NCBI GenBank assembly: GCA_964396375.1
Contig: CAYNEY010000018.1
Location: 38,979 to 102,978, forward strand
Direction: 5' to 3'
From: an uncultured Polyangiaceae bacterium
GTDB taxonomy: Bacteria; Myxococcota_A; Polyangia; Polyangiales; Polyangiaceae
Length of the DNA: 64,000 bases
Shown here: positions 37,380 through 47,988 of the stretch, in pieces
Position numbering within the stretch: position 1 is the first letter of the stretch
How the letters are laid out: every line of letters starts with the position of its first letter
Translations under genes and position numbers: made by a program
Notes under the pieces: model-generated
What the model saw: the letters and a program-made list of their open reading frames with translations, nothing else
The model's database searches: none
Told to the model about the DNA's origin: nothing

Positions 37380-39485
37380 ATGGAACGGCCCCTCTATTTC
37401 GATCCTGAGCGCTCCTGCGAAGAGCGGATCACGGCGCTTCTATCGGCAATGACACTGGATGAAAAGATCGCCTGTTTGGGGACCAATCCGAGCGTCCCCC
37501 GCCTCGGGGTGGTCGGTGCGCCCCACGTCGAAGGGCTCCATGGGCTGACACTCGGAGGTCCCGGCGAATGGGGTCGCGATCAACCCGTGTGCACCACCAC
37601 CTTTCCCCAAGCCATCGGCCTGGCTGAGAGTTGGGATCCCGAGCTACTGGAGCGCGTCGCCGCTGTCGAGGCGTACGAGACCCGCTACCTGTTTCAATCT
37701 CCGCGCTACCGCCGCGGGGGCTTGGTGGTGCGCGCCCCAAACGCCGATCTGGGGCGTGACCCGCGCTGGGGACGCACCGAGGAGTGTTACGGCGAAGATC
37801 CCTACTTGGTCTCGACGCTGGTGGTCGCCTTCGTGCGAGGACTTCAGGGCCCGGATCCGCGAGTGTGGCTCACCGCTTCCCTCATGAAGCATTTTCTGGC
37901 CAACAGCAACGAGAACACTCGCGAGCGTTCCTCCTCGAACTTCGACGAGCAGCTGTTCTACGAATACTACGCGCGCCCCTTCATCCACGGCGTGGTCAAA
38001 GGTGGTTCACGCGCTTTCATGGCCGCCTACAACAAGTTCAACCAGATCCCGTGCGTGGTGCACCCGGTGCTGGAGGAGGTCATGGAGCACAAACTGGGGC
38101 AAAATGGCATCATCTGTACCGACGGTGGAGCCTACCAGCTCTTGGTGACAGCCCACGAGTATGTTCCCGATCTCCCCACGGCTGCAGCCGCCATAATCCG
38201 TGCCGGCGTCTCACAGTTTCTGGACAAGTATGAGGAGGGCGTGCGGGAGGCACTCGCGCGAGGGTACCTCACCGAGGCTGATGTCGACGCGGTGCTGGAG
38301 AAGACTTTTCGAGTCATGCTCCGACTGGGGATGTGGGATCCGAACGATACCAATCCCTACGCGGCCATCGGGGGGGAGGATGAACTCGAGCCTTGGCTCC
38401 GCGCAGAGCACCAAGCGCTCGCTCGAGAAGCCACCGCCCGTTCCGTGGTCCTGCTCAAGAACGACGACCAACTCCTGCCACTTGTGCCGGAGCGGCTGAC
38501 TCGGTTGGCCGTGATCGGCCCACTCGCAGACTGCGTGTTGGGCGACTGGTATGGGGGAACCCCCCCCTACACCGTATCACCCTTCCAGGGAATCCTGGAG
38601 CGCTTCGGGGCGTCGCTGGAGGTGGAGTGCGTCAGCTCGAACGATGTGAGTCGGGCGGTGATGGCCGCCAGGAACGCGGATGTAGCGCTGGTCTGCGTTG
38701 GGAATCACCCAACGGGCGATGCGGGTTGGGCGCAGGTCACCCGCCCAAGCTACGGCAAAGAAGCAGTGGATCGCGAGAGCCTCACCCTGGAAGATGAGAG
38801 GTTGCTGCGCCGAGTGCTGCACGCCAACCCGAAGACGGTCCTGGTACTCATCTCGAGTTTTCCTTACGCCATCGGCTGGGCCCAAGAGCACGTGCCGGCG
38901 ATCGTGCACTTGACGCACGCCAGCCAGGAGCTGGGACGTGGTCTCGCTGACGTGCTGGCCGGAGCCGTCAACCCTGCGGGACGTCTGGTCCAGACCTGGC
39001 CCCGCTCCCTCGATCAGCTACCGGATCTACTCGACTACGATCTCCGTCACGGACACACCTACCTCTTCTCCCGACATGAACCGCTGTACTGCTTCGGCCA
39101 TGGTCTCTCATACTCGAGCTTCGAGTACGGGTGCCTGGTGTTCCCGGAGCAGGTGTCGGGGGCCGAAGAGTTCACGGTGGTGGTACCGGTCAGAAACGAG
39201 TCGGAGCGAGATGGCGAGGAAGTGGTTCAGCTCTATCTGGAGTTCCACGATTCCTTGCTGGAAAGGCCCAAGCGCGCGCTTGCCGCCTTTGAGCGCGTGA
39301 TGATCCCGGCGGGGGCGACCCGCGCTGTCCGCTTGGTGGTGCGCCCGGAGTCACTGTCGAGCTACTCCAACGAAGCCCGCGATTTCGTCCTAGAGCCGGG
39401 CCGCGTACAACTCCACGTTGGCAGTAGCCTGACCGATATCCGGAGTACGGGATTGCTCAGACTCGACCCCAGTAGTCCAAACTGA
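37380..39485 (+). CDS. GH3 glycoside hydrolase (beta-glucosidase / beta-xylosidase / alpha-L-arabinofuranosidase type), no signal peptide
   Basis: N-terminus LTLDEKIACLG, then GRDPRWGRTEECYGEDPYL and KHFLANSNE. The nucleotide... rather, the catalytic nucleophile region is IICTDGGA. The C-terminal Fn3-like domain carries VVQLYL. Confidence 0.88.
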   Translation: MERPLYFDPERSCEERITALLSAMTLDEKIACLGTNPSVPRLGVVGAPHVEGLHGLTLGGPGEWGRDQPVCTTTFPQAIGLAESWDPELLERVAAVEAYETRYLFQSPRYRRGGLVVRAPNADLGRDPRWGRTEECYGEDPYLVSTLVVAFVRGLQGPDPRVWLTASLMKHFLANSNENTRERSSSNFDEQLFYEYYARPFIHGVVKGGSRAFMAAYNKFNQIPCVVHPVLEEVMEHKLGQNGIICTDGGAYQLLVTAHEYVPDLPTAAAAIIRAGVSQFLDKYEEGVREALARGYLTEADVDAVLEKTFRVMLRLGMWDPNDTNPYAAIGGEDELEPWLRAEHQALAREATARSVVLLKNDDQLLPLVPERLTRLAVIGPLADCVLGDWYGGTPPYTVSPFQGILERFGASLEVECVSSNDVSRAVMAARNADVALVCVGNHPTGDAGWAQVTRPSYGKEAVDRESLTLEDERLLRRVLHANPKTVLVLISSFPYAIGWAQEHVPAIVHLTHASQELGRGLADVLAGAVNPAGRLVQTWPRSLDQLPDLLDYDLRHGHTYLFSRHEPLYCFGHGLSYSSFEYGCLVFPEQVSGAEEFTVVVPVRNESERDGEEVVQLYLEFHDSLLERPKRALAAFERVMIPAGATRAVRLVVRPESLSSYSNEARDFVLEPGRVQLHVGSSLTDIRSTGLLRLDPSSPN

Positions 39486-39495
39486 GAGGTTTCGG

Positions 39496-41310
39496 TCACC
39501 CGCGGGGCGCCGAAAAATTCCGGTACAGAGCGTAGTAGGCACCTCGCTGCTCCAAGAGTTGATGGTGACGACCGTGCTCCACCACTCGTCCCTCGGACAA
39601 GACAAGGATCAGATCTGCGTTCTTCACGGTGCTCAGGCGATGTGCCACGACCACACTGGTACGCCCGCGGAGCAGACGTGCCAGGGCAGCCTGCAGACGT
39701 GCCTCGGTCAAGGCATCGAGGGCAGAGGTAGCCTCGTCGAGAATCAGAATTGCCGGATCGCTGAGCAACGCGCGAGCAAAACAGACGATCTGGCGCTGGC
39801 CCAGCGATAGGTTGCTGCCCTTTTCGCCGACTTCGGTCAGAAGGCCATCAGGGAGCCCCTCCAACATGTCAAGCACATCCAAGCGCTCGGCCACGCTCCT
39901 AACCTCGTCTTCGGTGGCGGTCGGACGGGCAAAGCGAATGTTGTCGAGGACGCTTCCTCGAAACAAGAAGTTATCCTGCGGCACGACCCCGAGGTGGCGA
40001 TGAAGGCTGTCCGAGCGCACCTCCGTGAGGCTCACGCCGTCAATCAGGATCCGTCCACGATCAGGCAGCGCAAGCTTCGCGAGGAGCCGAGTCAACGTGC
40101 TCTTTCCGCTGCCCGTCGCCCCGACCAGCGCCACTGTTTGCCCAGGCTCGACCGAAAATGACACGTCGTGCACGACCATGCGCTCTGGCTGGTAGCCGAA
40201 GCTCACCCCCTGGAAGGTGATCCGACCCTCGATCTTCTGGAGGTCTCGAGCCGACGGAGCGTCTTCCCAGGCGGGAGCGGTGTCCAACAGTCCGAAGACG
40301 CGTTCCGCCCCAGCCATTGCCGTCAGCGCTTGGTTGTATTGGCGCCCAAGGATCGGGATCGGGGAGAACAGCATCTCCGAGAGGAACACGAACTGCACCA
40401 GCTTATCGAAGGCAATCCCGCCAAATACGACTTGGTAACCACCAAGCACCAGGATCAAAGCAACCAAGAGTTGCCCGCTCATCTCCAGCGTGGGAACGAA
40501 CACCGCTGAAGCGCGAGTCCCCCGAAAGTTGTTGTGCGCATGCAGCGCCACCAAGTCTCCAAACTCCAGGTCGTTGCGGCGACGACGCGAGAAGGCTTGC
40601 GTCACACGCACGCCGTTCACAGCTTCGGCGATCACGGCGGTCAGAATACTGTAGGTCTCCTGTACCTCACGGTATACCTGGCCAAGAACTCGAGTGAAAT
40701 GGCGGATCAAGAGCCAGAGCACCGGGACGAAGGCCACCAGCACCAAGAACAGCGCCCAGTCGTAGATCAGCATCAGAATCGCCGCGATCGACATTGAGCC
40801 ACACTGCACCAGACTGATGAACACCACGTCCTGGATCCCCACGCGGATCACGTCGACATCCGAGGTGACACGACTGATCAGTCGACCAAGGGGCATGTCT
40901 TGAAAGAAGCTGAGCGGCATCCGCAAGATGTGCCGGACCAGGCGCGCTCGCAGGTCGGAAACCACTGACTCCCCGAGGCGCAGGGCGAGTCGCATCCTGT
41001 AGCAGAAGGTCACCTCGGTCATCACCACCACCACGACCATCACCCCGAGCGAGACGCTGAGTTCCGGCAGTGAGCCCCGGGTAATGGGCCCACCCACCAC
41101 CGTCGCAACCAGCCAACTCAGACAGGGGAGCTGCACCGCCCGCAGCACCACCAGGGTCAAGAGGCCACTTCGCAGGCTACGGTAGGGCGTGGTCAACGCG
41201 GCCAGGCGCCGGATGGTCTTGACCTCGAGCGGGCGTTGCTCCGGTGAGTGATCCCGACGGCGACGCCGAGCAATCTGTCGCTCCGACCAGGAACCGCCGC
41301 CTTGTTTCAT
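39496..41310 (-). CDS. ABC exporter, fused permease/ATPase half-transporter
   Basis: Six N-terminal helices, then Walker A GATGSGKST, signature LSLGQRQ and Walker B ILILDEATSALD. The start overlaps the stop of the upstream paralogue by 4 nt. Confidence 0.9.
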   Translation of the reverse strand: MKQGGGSWSERQIARRRRRDHSPEQRPLEVKTIRRLAALTTPYRSLRSGLLTLVVLRAVQLPCLSWLVATVVGGPITRGSLPELSVSLGVMVVVVVMTEVTFCYRMRLALRLGESVVSDLRARLVRHILRMPLSFFQDMPLGRLISRVTSDVDVIRVGIQDVVFISLVQCGSMSIAAILMLIYDWALFLVLVAFVPVLWLLIRHFTRVLGQVYREVQETYSILTAVIAEAVNGVRVTQAFSRRRRNDLEFGDLVALHAHNNFRGTRASAVFVPTLEMSGQLLVALILVLGGYQVVFGGIAFDKLVQFVFLSEMLFSPIPILGRQYNQALTAMAGAERVFGLLDTAPAWEDAPSARDLQKIEGRITFQGVSFGYQPERMVVHDVSFSVEPGQTVALVGATGSGKSTLTRLLAKLALPDRGRILIDGVSLTEVRSDSLHRHLGVVPQDNFLFRGSVLDNIRFARPTATEDEVRSVAERLDVLDMLEGLPDGLLTEVGEKGSNLSLGQRQIVCFARALLSDPAILILDEATSALDALTEARLQAALARLLRGRTSVVVAHRLSTVKNADLILVLSEGRVVEHGRHHQLLEQRGAYYALYRNFSAPRG

Positions 41311-43202
41311 GCGCGCTCCCAGGTTCTCTCGACGTCCATCAACTGGGCAACACGACGGTAAGGGCCATCACGTCGGACCAGCTCGTCGTGCGTCCCGATA
41401 TCCAGAATACGCCCCCGATCGAGGACAACAATCCGATCGGCGCGACGGAGCGCGCTGATACGGTTCGAAACCAAGAGCGTGGTCCGGTTCTGGATCGCTC
41501 CACCGATCGCAGACAAGATCTCATGTTCCGTGGTCGCGTCAACTGCAGCCAGTGGGTCGTCGAGCAGCAGAATCTTCGGGTCGTGGAGCAGCGCCCTCGC
41601 AATGGCCAACCGCTGTCGCTGCCCTCCGGAAAGGTTGCGTCCACCTTCATCGAGCCAGGTCTGATACTGGTCTGGGAGCTCAGATATGAAATCATGCGCC
41701 CCCGCCAAGCGCGCCGCCCGCTCGATCGTGGCGGGCTCCGCGTCAGGGTTGCCGTAGGCGATGTTGTTGGCGATGGTATCCGAGCACAGCCACGTCTCCT
41801 GGAATACCACCCCCACTTGTCGACGAAGAGCGTCGACCGAGAGCTGGCGCACGTCGATCTGGTCGATCATGACGCGTCCGGCCAAGGCATCGTAAAATCG
41901 TGGAATCAAGCTGAGCAGGGTACTCTTTCCCGAACCGGTGGCACCGAAGAGCCCTATGCACTCCCCTGCCCGAACCGAGAGGCAGAGTCCGTCGAGCACG
42001 AGCTTGCCCGGCTCGTAGCCGAAGCCAACGTCGACTAGGCTCACCTCACCCCGGATACTGCCGAGCTCGCGAGGTGTGGCAGGATCTTCCACTTCGCGAC
42101 GTGCGTCCAGAACCTCGAAGACCCGGCGAGCCCCGGTGAGGCTCTGTTGCAGCACATTCACGATGTCCGCCATACCCGAAGCGCGGCTGGCGAACTGTCG
42201 GAGCAAAGCCACGAACACCACCAGCTGCCCGAGGGACACCTCTCCTCGGCTCACCAGAATCCCCCCGTAGCCGAGGAGAATCACCACGTTGAGTTGGTTG
42301 ACCAGATCGACGGTGGGGGCAAAACGGCTGACCCGACCGAAGATCGCGAACTGCTGCCGACGAACGTCCTGGTTCTTCTCTTCGAAGCGGGCAATCTGCG
42401 CCTCTTCGCAGCCGAAGATCCGCGTCACCTGAATCCCCTCGATCCCCTCGGCCATGGTGCGCACCATCTCATCCGCGAGCCTGCGACTCTTCTGGTAGGC
42501 CGGGCGCGCCCAACGCGAGAAAACGGTGGTGATCACGTACAAGATGGGGGTCAGGGTCAACCCCACCAGCGTGAGGCGCACGTGAGCGCTCAGCATGTAG
42601 GCCAGGAACACGCCTAGAGCCAGCACCAACACCGCTCCTTGGATCACCACTCCGTCCACAAAGGAGCGAAGCATCTGGATGTCGACGGTCACGCGGTTCA
42701 CAATCGCGCCGCTGGCGTGCCGGTCAAAAAAACGGAAGCTGAGCTGCTGGAGATGGGTGAAGACCCGACGCCGCAAGCTCGGGACGATCTCGACGTGCAC
42801 GAGCCGCCCGACCGTAACCTGGTACCAGTAATTGAGCCCGGCCGCGGCAAGCGCCGACAGCAGGATCACCGCGGCAATGGTCATCAATTGTTCCATGATC
42901 GACCAGCTCCCGGGCTCGGTCCAGCCGAAGGGATACTGCGCGGGCCGCGCCTTTGGATCGAAGCCGGCGCGAATGACGTCCACGGCCAGCCCCAAGCCGC
43001 TCACCCCCGACAGCGTCAAGCCGAGCATGACACACTGAAGGGCGAAAACTTGGATGGCCCGGCGGCGGTACTCCCACGCCAAGGTGAACATCCGAGGTAT
43101 CAGCCGCGTGAACGAGGGCTCTCTGGGAGCGGAGTCAACCGTGCTCATCAATCGCGCCACCGCGACGCTTCGGCACCATACCAAACGAAGGCCAATCTTC
43201 AA
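41307..43202 (-). CDS. ABC exporter, fused permease/ATPase half-transporter (probable heterodimer partner)
   Basis: Walker A GATGSGKST, signature LSGGQRQ and Walker B LLLDDPLAAVD (Asp in place of the catalytic Glu, suggesting a degenerate site). The start may be the internal Met at 43148. Confidence 0.9.
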   Translation of the reverse strand: MKIGLRLVWCRSVAVARLMSTVDSAPREPSFTRLIPRMFTLAWEYRRRAIQVFALQCVMLGLTLSGVSGLGLAVDVIRAGFDPKARPAQYPFGWTEPGSWSIMEQLMTIAAVILLSALAAAGLNYWYQVTVGRLVHVEIVPSLRRRVFTHLQQLSFRFFDRHASGAIVNRVTVDIQMLRSFVDGVVIQGAVLVLALGVFLAYMLSAHVRLTLVGLTLTPILYVITTVFSRWARPAYQKSRRLADEMVRTMAEGIEGIQVTRIFGCEEAQIARFEEKNQDVRRQQFAIFGRVSRFAPTVDLVNQLNVVILLGYGGILVSRGEVSLGQLVVFVALLRQFASRASGMADIVNVLQQSLTGARRVFEVLDARREVEDPATPRELGSIRGEVSLVDVGFGYEPGKLVLDGLCLSVRAGECIGLFGATGSGKSTLLSLIPRFYDALAGRVMIDQIDVRQLSVDALRRQVGVVFQETWLCSDTIANNIAYGNPDAEPATIERAARLAGAHDFISELPDQYQTWLDEGGRNLSGGQRQRLAIARALLHDPKILLLDDPLAAVDATTEHEILSAIGGAIQNRTTLLVSNRISALRRADRIVVLDRGRILDIGTHDELVRRDGPYRRVAQLMDVERTWERA

Positions 43203-43285
43203 CCGCTCGTTCCCGAGAAATTATCCCAAGATACGACGGCGTTGGCGTGGCAAGGGCGCGCGACCTGTGAAAAAGTAGTGGAGAC

Positions 43286-44470
43286 ATGAGCAACCAGGTA
43301 CCAATCACGACCGAAAGACTGAGGCACCGTGCCGAACGGGCGTTCTGGGACCACTTCGGCAGGTCGCCAAGCATCTCGGTGGTGGCTCCAGGCCGCGTGA
43401 ACCTGATCGGCGAGCACACCGACTACAACCAGGGCTTCGTACTACCGATGGCGATCGAGCGGAGCCTTTTGCTGGTGGCAAGAGAAAGCCCGGCTCGGCC
43501 CGCGAGGATCCACGTGTTCGGTGCAGATCTGGCAAAATCGGTCGAATTGTCCTCGACCGAGCCGCTGGCCCGCGTGCCCGGCTGCTTCGCCAATTACCTG
43601 CGTGGTGTCCTGGCAGGCTTCATCAGCCGTGGCTTCCCCTTCCCTTCGCTCGATATCGCGATTGTCTCCGACATCCCCCTCGGCGGCGGGCTTTCGAGCA
43701 GCGCGGCCCTGGAGGTTGCGACTGCGACCCTGCTCGAAGCCGTGTTCGGGATCACCCTTGGGCTTACCGAGAAGGCCCTGCTGTGCCAGCGCGCCGAGCA
43801 CGAGTTTGCGGGTGTGCCCTGTGGGTTGATGGACCAGCTTGCCTGCGTCTTCGGCGAGGTGGATACCGCCCTGCTGATCGACTGCCTCGACAATCAGATC
43901 ACCCCGATCCACCTCGTCGACCCCGAGCTCAGCGTGCTGGTCGCCAACAGCAGCGTCAAACACTCCCTCGCCGACGGAGAGTACGAAAAACGACGTCGGG
44001 AGTGCCGTGCCGCCGCAGACGCGCTCGAGGTGAAGAGCCTCCGCCATGCCCGTCTCGAGCAGCTCGAATCGGCGCTGGGCGATGAGCCGACGCTGACCCG
44101 TCGCGCCCGCCATGTCATCACCGAGAACCAACGCACCAAGGAATTTGCCGAAGCACTCGCGCACCATGACCTAGTGACCGCCGGCAGACTGATGGGAGAG
44201 AGCCACGCCTCGCTCCGCGACGATTTCCAGGTGAGCTGTGCGGAGCTCGATGTCCTGGTCGATCTCACAAGCCAGCTCGGCCCCGAGCGCGGAGTGTACG
44301 GCTCACGGTTGACCGGTGGCGGCTTTGGCGGTTCAACGGTCAGCCTTATCGCGACCGCAGAACTCCAAACCATCGTGCCCGAACTCCTCGAGGGATACCA
44401 GGCCCGCACCGGACGTGTCGCCCAGCTCTTCGTCTCACGCCCGGCTCAAGGATGTCGCCGCCTCGCCTGA
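43286..44470 (+). CDS. galK: galactokinase
   Basis: GalK signature GRVNLIGEHTDYNQGFVLPMAI, GHMP ATP loop PLGGGLSSSAALEV, and C-terminal GSRLTGGGFGGS. Confidence 0.95.
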   Translation: MSNQVPITTERLRHRAERAFWDHFGRSPSISVVAPGRVNLIGEHTDYNQGFVLPMAIERSLLLVARESPARPARIHVFGADLAKSVELSSTEPLARVPGCFANYLRGVLAGFISRGFPFPSLDIAIVSDIPLGGGLSSSAALEVATATLLEAVFGITLGLTEKALLCQRAEHEFAGVPCGLMDQLACVFGEVDTALLIDCLDNQITPIHLVDPELSVLVANSSVKHSLADGEYEKRRRECRAAADALEVKSLRHARLEQLESALGDEPTLTRRARHVITENQRTKEFAEALAHHDLVTAGRLMGESHASLRDDFQVSCAELDVLVDLTSQLGPERGVYGSRLTGGGFGGSTVSLIATAELQTIVPELLEGYQARTGRVAQLFVSRPAQGCRRLA

Positions 44471-44494
44471 CCCAAAGCCCGAGATTCTCAGCTC

Positions 44495-45520
44495 ATGTCT
44501 GACTTCGATCCGGAACTCATCCCTCATCGCCGGTACAACCCGCTGCTTGGCACCACCGTGCTGGTCTCTCCACACCGTACCGCGCGTCCTTGGCTGGGAC
44601 AGACGGAAACGACCGAGCGTCCCACGCTGCCCCATCATGATCCAGACTGCTACTTGTGCCCCAGCAACTCGCGGGCGGCAGGCGCACGCAACCCCGAGTA
44701 CACGAACACCTACGTGTTCACGAACGACTACAGCGCTCTGGTGCCCGACGCACCCACGCTTCTGCCCTCGGAAGATCCACTCTTCGTATCCACCTCCGTC
44801 CGGGGAACCTGCCGCGTGATCTGTTACTCCCCGCGCCACGATCTGACGCTCGCCGACATGGAGGTGACTGCCATCACCTCCGTCGTCGACACCTGGGCCA
44901 ACGAGAGCGCCGCTCTCGGACAAACCTACCCATCGGTGCAGATCTTTGAGAACAAGGGCAGCGTGATGGGATGCTCGAATCCCCACCCACATGGGCAGAT
45001 CTGGGCCTCTTCCAGCTTGCCTCATGATCTTCGGTGCGAGGATGAGAACCAGCGCGCGTATCTCGCAGCACATGGACGGCCCATGCTCCTCGACGTGGTC
45101 GCTCGCGAACTCGAGACCGGGGTGCGCGTGGTGTGTCAGAACCGGGATTACCTGGTCGTGGTGCCCTACTGGGCAGTCTGGCCTTTCGAAACCTTGCTCC
45201 TCCCAAAGTTTGCCGTGCCGCGCATTACGCTGCTTTCGCCAGCACAGCGCAGCACGCTCGCGCACATCTTGAAACGTTTACTCAGGACCTACGACCGCCT
45301 CTTTTCGACCTCCTTCCCCTACTCCTTCGGCTGGCATGGTGCTCCCTTCGTGCCGGGAAACTTCGAGCACTTCCAGCTTCATGCCCACTTCTTTCCGCCA
45401 CTCCTACGCTCGGCCAGCGTAAGGAAGTTCATGGTCGGTTATGAACTCTTGGCCGAGCCGCAGCGCGACCTCACCCCCGAGCAAGCGGCGGCTCGGCTAC
45501 GAAGCTTGGTCGACGACTAG
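44495..45520 (+). CDS. galT: galactose-1-phosphate uridylyltransferase (class I)
   Basis: HRRYNPLLGTTVLVSPHRTARPW, DPDCYLCP, YVFTNDYSAL, and active site NPHPHGQIWA. Collinear with my recollection of E. coli GalT. Confidence 0.95.
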   Translation: MSDFDPELIPHRRYNPLLGTTVLVSPHRTARPWLGQTETTERPTLPHHDPDCYLCPSNSRAAGARNPEYTNTYVFTNDYSALVPDAPTLLPSEDPLFVSTSVRGTCRVICYSPRHDLTLADMEVTAITSVVDTWANESAALGQTYPSVQIFENKGSVMGCSNPHPHGQIWASSSLPHDLRCEDENQRAYLAAHGRPMLLDVVARELETGVRVVCQNRDYLVVVPYWAVWPFETLLLPKFAVPRITLLSPAQRSTLAHILKRLLRTYDRLFSTSFPYSFGWHGAPFVPGNFEHFQLHAHFFPPLLRSASVRKFMVGYELLAEPQRDLTPEQAAARLRSLVDD

Positions 45521-46506
45521 CTACCATAACCCGTAGGGTGCTCTCGGAACCAGCAAAAGGCCGTCTCCACGATCGCGTCGAGCGACGTGAAGCGGGGACG
45601 CCAGGTCGATTCTGCCATGATCCGTTCCGGACATGCGTAAAGCTGCGCCGGATCTCCGGGCCTCCGGGCGACCATCTCGATCGCGATGGGGCGCCCGGTC
45701 ACGCGACGCACCGACTCGATCACCTCGCGCACGCTGTAGCCACGTCCGATCCCGAGATTGTAGTGGCGCGCGTCACCATCCACGAGAGATTCCATCACCG
45801 CCACGTGCGCGCGCGCCAGGTCTTCAACGTGGATGTAGTCACGAATGCAGGTACCGTCCGTGGTCGGGTAGTCATCTCCGAACACTTTCACTTGCGGAAT
45901 GCGTCCCAGCGCAGCCAGCAAGACCAAAGGTATGAGATGGGTTTCGGGGCGGTGGTCCTCGCCAAGCGAACCGTCCGACGCGCACCCGGCGACGTTGAAG
46001 TATCGCAGCGCCGCATAGCCAAACTCGGGCCAGCTCCGGGCCAGATCGGCGAGCATGCCTTCTATGAACAGCTTCGAACGCCCGTAGGGATTGATCGGTC
46101 GCTGTGGCTCAACCTCGCGAATCGGCACCATGCTCGGCTCACCGTAGGTAGCGCAGGTCGAGCTGAAAACCAGGCGCTGCACGTTCACGCGCTTCATCGC
46201 CAGAAGCAAGCTGCAGGTGCCCGAGGTATTGTTGTCGTAATAGAGGAGCGGCAGCTCGACCGACTCACCCACATACGCCAATGCCGCGAAGTGCATCACG
46301 CATTCGATGTGGTTCTGCTCGAGGACCTGGGCGACTGCGTCAGACTCGCGCAGATCGACCTTGGCGAACACAGCCCCTGGAAGGAGCGCTGCGGCATGTC
46401 CTCGAGAGAGGTTGTCGAGCACCGTGACTACATGCCCCGCATCGCGCAGGCAGCGCGCCGCGTGGCTCCCGATGTACCCAGCACCACCCGTCACCAAGAC
46501 ACGCAT
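45517..46506 (-). CDS. galE: UDP-hexose (or UDP-pentose) 4-epimerase, GalE family
   Basis: MRVLVTGGAGYIGSH Rossmann motif, FSSTCATYG, and the YGRSK catalytic YxxxK. Confidence 0.88.
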   Translation of the reverse strand: MRVLVTGGAGYIGSHAARCLRDAGHVVTVLDNLSRGHAAALLPGAVFAKVDLRESDAVAQVLEQNHIECVMHFAALAYVGESVELPLLYYDNNTSGTCSLLLAMKRVNVQRLVFSSTCATYGEPSMVPIREVEPQRPINPYGRSKLFIEGMLADLARSWPEFGYAALRYFNVAGCASDGSLGEDHRPETHLIPLVLLAALGRIPQVKVFGDDYPTTDGTCIRDYIHVEDLARAHVAVMESLVDGDARHYNLGIGRGYSVREVIESVRRVTGRPIAIEMVARRPGDPAQLYACPERIMAESTWRPRFTSLDAIVETAFCWFREHPTGYGS

Positions 46507-46521
46507 TGCAACTCCTCTCGT

Positions 46522-47979
46522 TCACACCGATTCATGGAGGGTCAACGTACCATAATCAACCGCGCCCGGGCTGGTCCCGGTGAAAACCCGCGGCATGCCG
46601 TGAAGTCGTGCTTCGCATCTGCGGCAGAACTCCTCTATGCTCGGTTTGGGCTCCCGACGAACGAGGATCGCCACGGTGCCGCCGCTCCCACCACCGGTGA
46701 TCTTCGCACCGTACCAACCCGACGCTGGACCGAGCGCACGCACTTCTTCCACCAACACGTCCGTGGCAGCCGAGCCAAGACCCACCCTGGTGTAGCTGTG
46801 ATGCGATTGAAACATCAGCTCCCCAAGCAGCACTCGTGCTTCTTCGGTGTCAGCGTGTGGGAGTAGCGCAGCTGAGAGTCGGACTCGGTGATCCTCGAAG
46901 ATGGGATGCTCAGTACAGGCGCGGATCGCGTAGCTCCGCTCGTGCTCGATGTGCGTCATGCTGTCGCACGACCCCCCAAACCGAGCCAGGAAGTCCTCCC
47001 CACGCAAACATTCGGGGAGCAGTGACGCAAAGCGCTCTCGATAGAGCGAGACTGGGATCCGTGTAAGATATCCTCCGTAAATGGGATCGCTGATCTGGAT
47101 GCGCCCGGCACCCAGCGCTGTGACTGCCAGCCCACAGGCTCGAGCGATGATGGTGTAGCCCATGAAGGTCGCAGCTCTGACGCTGCCGTAATCGCTACCG
47201 CCCACTGCATGACGCACCCCTGAGTCGATGCCAAACACCACCAACTCCGGTGGCAGCCCCACCGACCCTTCGATCTCTGCCGGCTGACACCTCAGGCGCA
47301 AGAGCTTCCCCGCCTTTCCACACGCGGCAGTCATCTGGTCCATGATCCCCGAGGGCGCGCCAGCCACCAGATTCTCGGCGCGTTGGGCCAGAGCTGCGAG
47401 TTCGGGACCCTCGATGCGCTCTCCCGCACAGGCGAAGAGCGCCATCGCCGTAGCCACCTCGAGCGCGGCCGACGAACTTACCCCCTTGCCCTCGGGGACC
47501 TCGGAGCAGATCACCACGCGGAGCCCCGAGAGTCCGTGAAGTCGGCCGAGTGCCCGCGCCGTGACCAGCACTCCGAGCACGTAGGCGGCGAAATGGTGCT
47601 CCGGGTGCTCGGCAAAGGTGCGACGCGCGCGCGCTTCATCGGCGAGCAGTCCGTCCGAGAGCTCGGCGCTTGGCATCGTGAAGCGGCGGGTCTGCTCGGA
47701 GCGCTCACCCAGGCTCACCACCGAGAGCGTAGCCTCCGAGGTTCGTTGGACGAGCGCCCAGGTGGCCTCGCCGAGCGGCAGCTGAAGCACGACCGAGCCC
47801 GAGTAGTCTGCGATCCCTCCCATCAGATCCAGGCGCCCAGGCGCTCGGGCCAGAAAGGCAGGTCGGTTGGGGTCGACCGAGATGGCATCCCGGCTCATGC
47901 GCTCCTCGAGCAGCCGCAGTTCCGCGAGCGCGAAGCGCTGATGGGGCGCGAGATCGAGCCGCTCGAGGAGCGTGGGCAT
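46522..47979 (-). CDS. GHMP sugar-1-kinase resembling the kinase domain of plant L-arabinokinase (ARA1 type), distinct from GalK
   Basis: APGRLDLMGGIADYSGSVVLQLPL, ATP loop VPEGKGVSSSAALEVA, GAPSGIMDQMT, YGAKITGGGSGGTV, and C-terminal FTGTSPGAVDYG. From memory, these blocks are collinear with the Arabidopsis ARA1 C-terminal domain. Confidence 0.82.
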   Translation of the reverse strand: MPTLLERLDLAPHQRFALAELRLLEERMSRDAISVDPNRPAFLARAPGRLDLMGGIADYSGSVVLQLPLGEATWALVQRTSEATLSVVSLGERSEQTRRFTMPSAELSDGLLADEARARRTFAEHPEHHFAAYVLGVLVTARALGRLHGLSGLRVVICSEVPEGKGVSSSAALEVATAMALFACAGERIEGPELAALAQRAENLVAGAPSGIMDQMTAACGKAGKLLRLRCQPAEIEGSVGLPPELVVFGIDSGVRHAVGGSDYGSVRAATFMGYTIIARACGLAVTALGAGRIQISDPIYGGYLTRIPVSLYRERFASLLPECLRGEDFLARFGGSCDSMTHIEHERSYAIRACTEHPIFEDHRVRLSAALLPHADTEEARVLLGELMFQSHHSYTRVGLGSAATDVLVEEVRALGPASGWYGAKITGGGSGGTVAILVRREPKPSIEEFCRRCEARLHGMPRVFTGTSPGAVDYGTLTLHESV

Positions 47980-47988
47980 GCTCGTCTC

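Noticed and set aside
45538-46866. 442-aa plus-strand ORF
   Set aside because: It is antisense to galE and to the 3' end of the GHMP kinase gene. It has no motifs and an Arg/His-rich composition.
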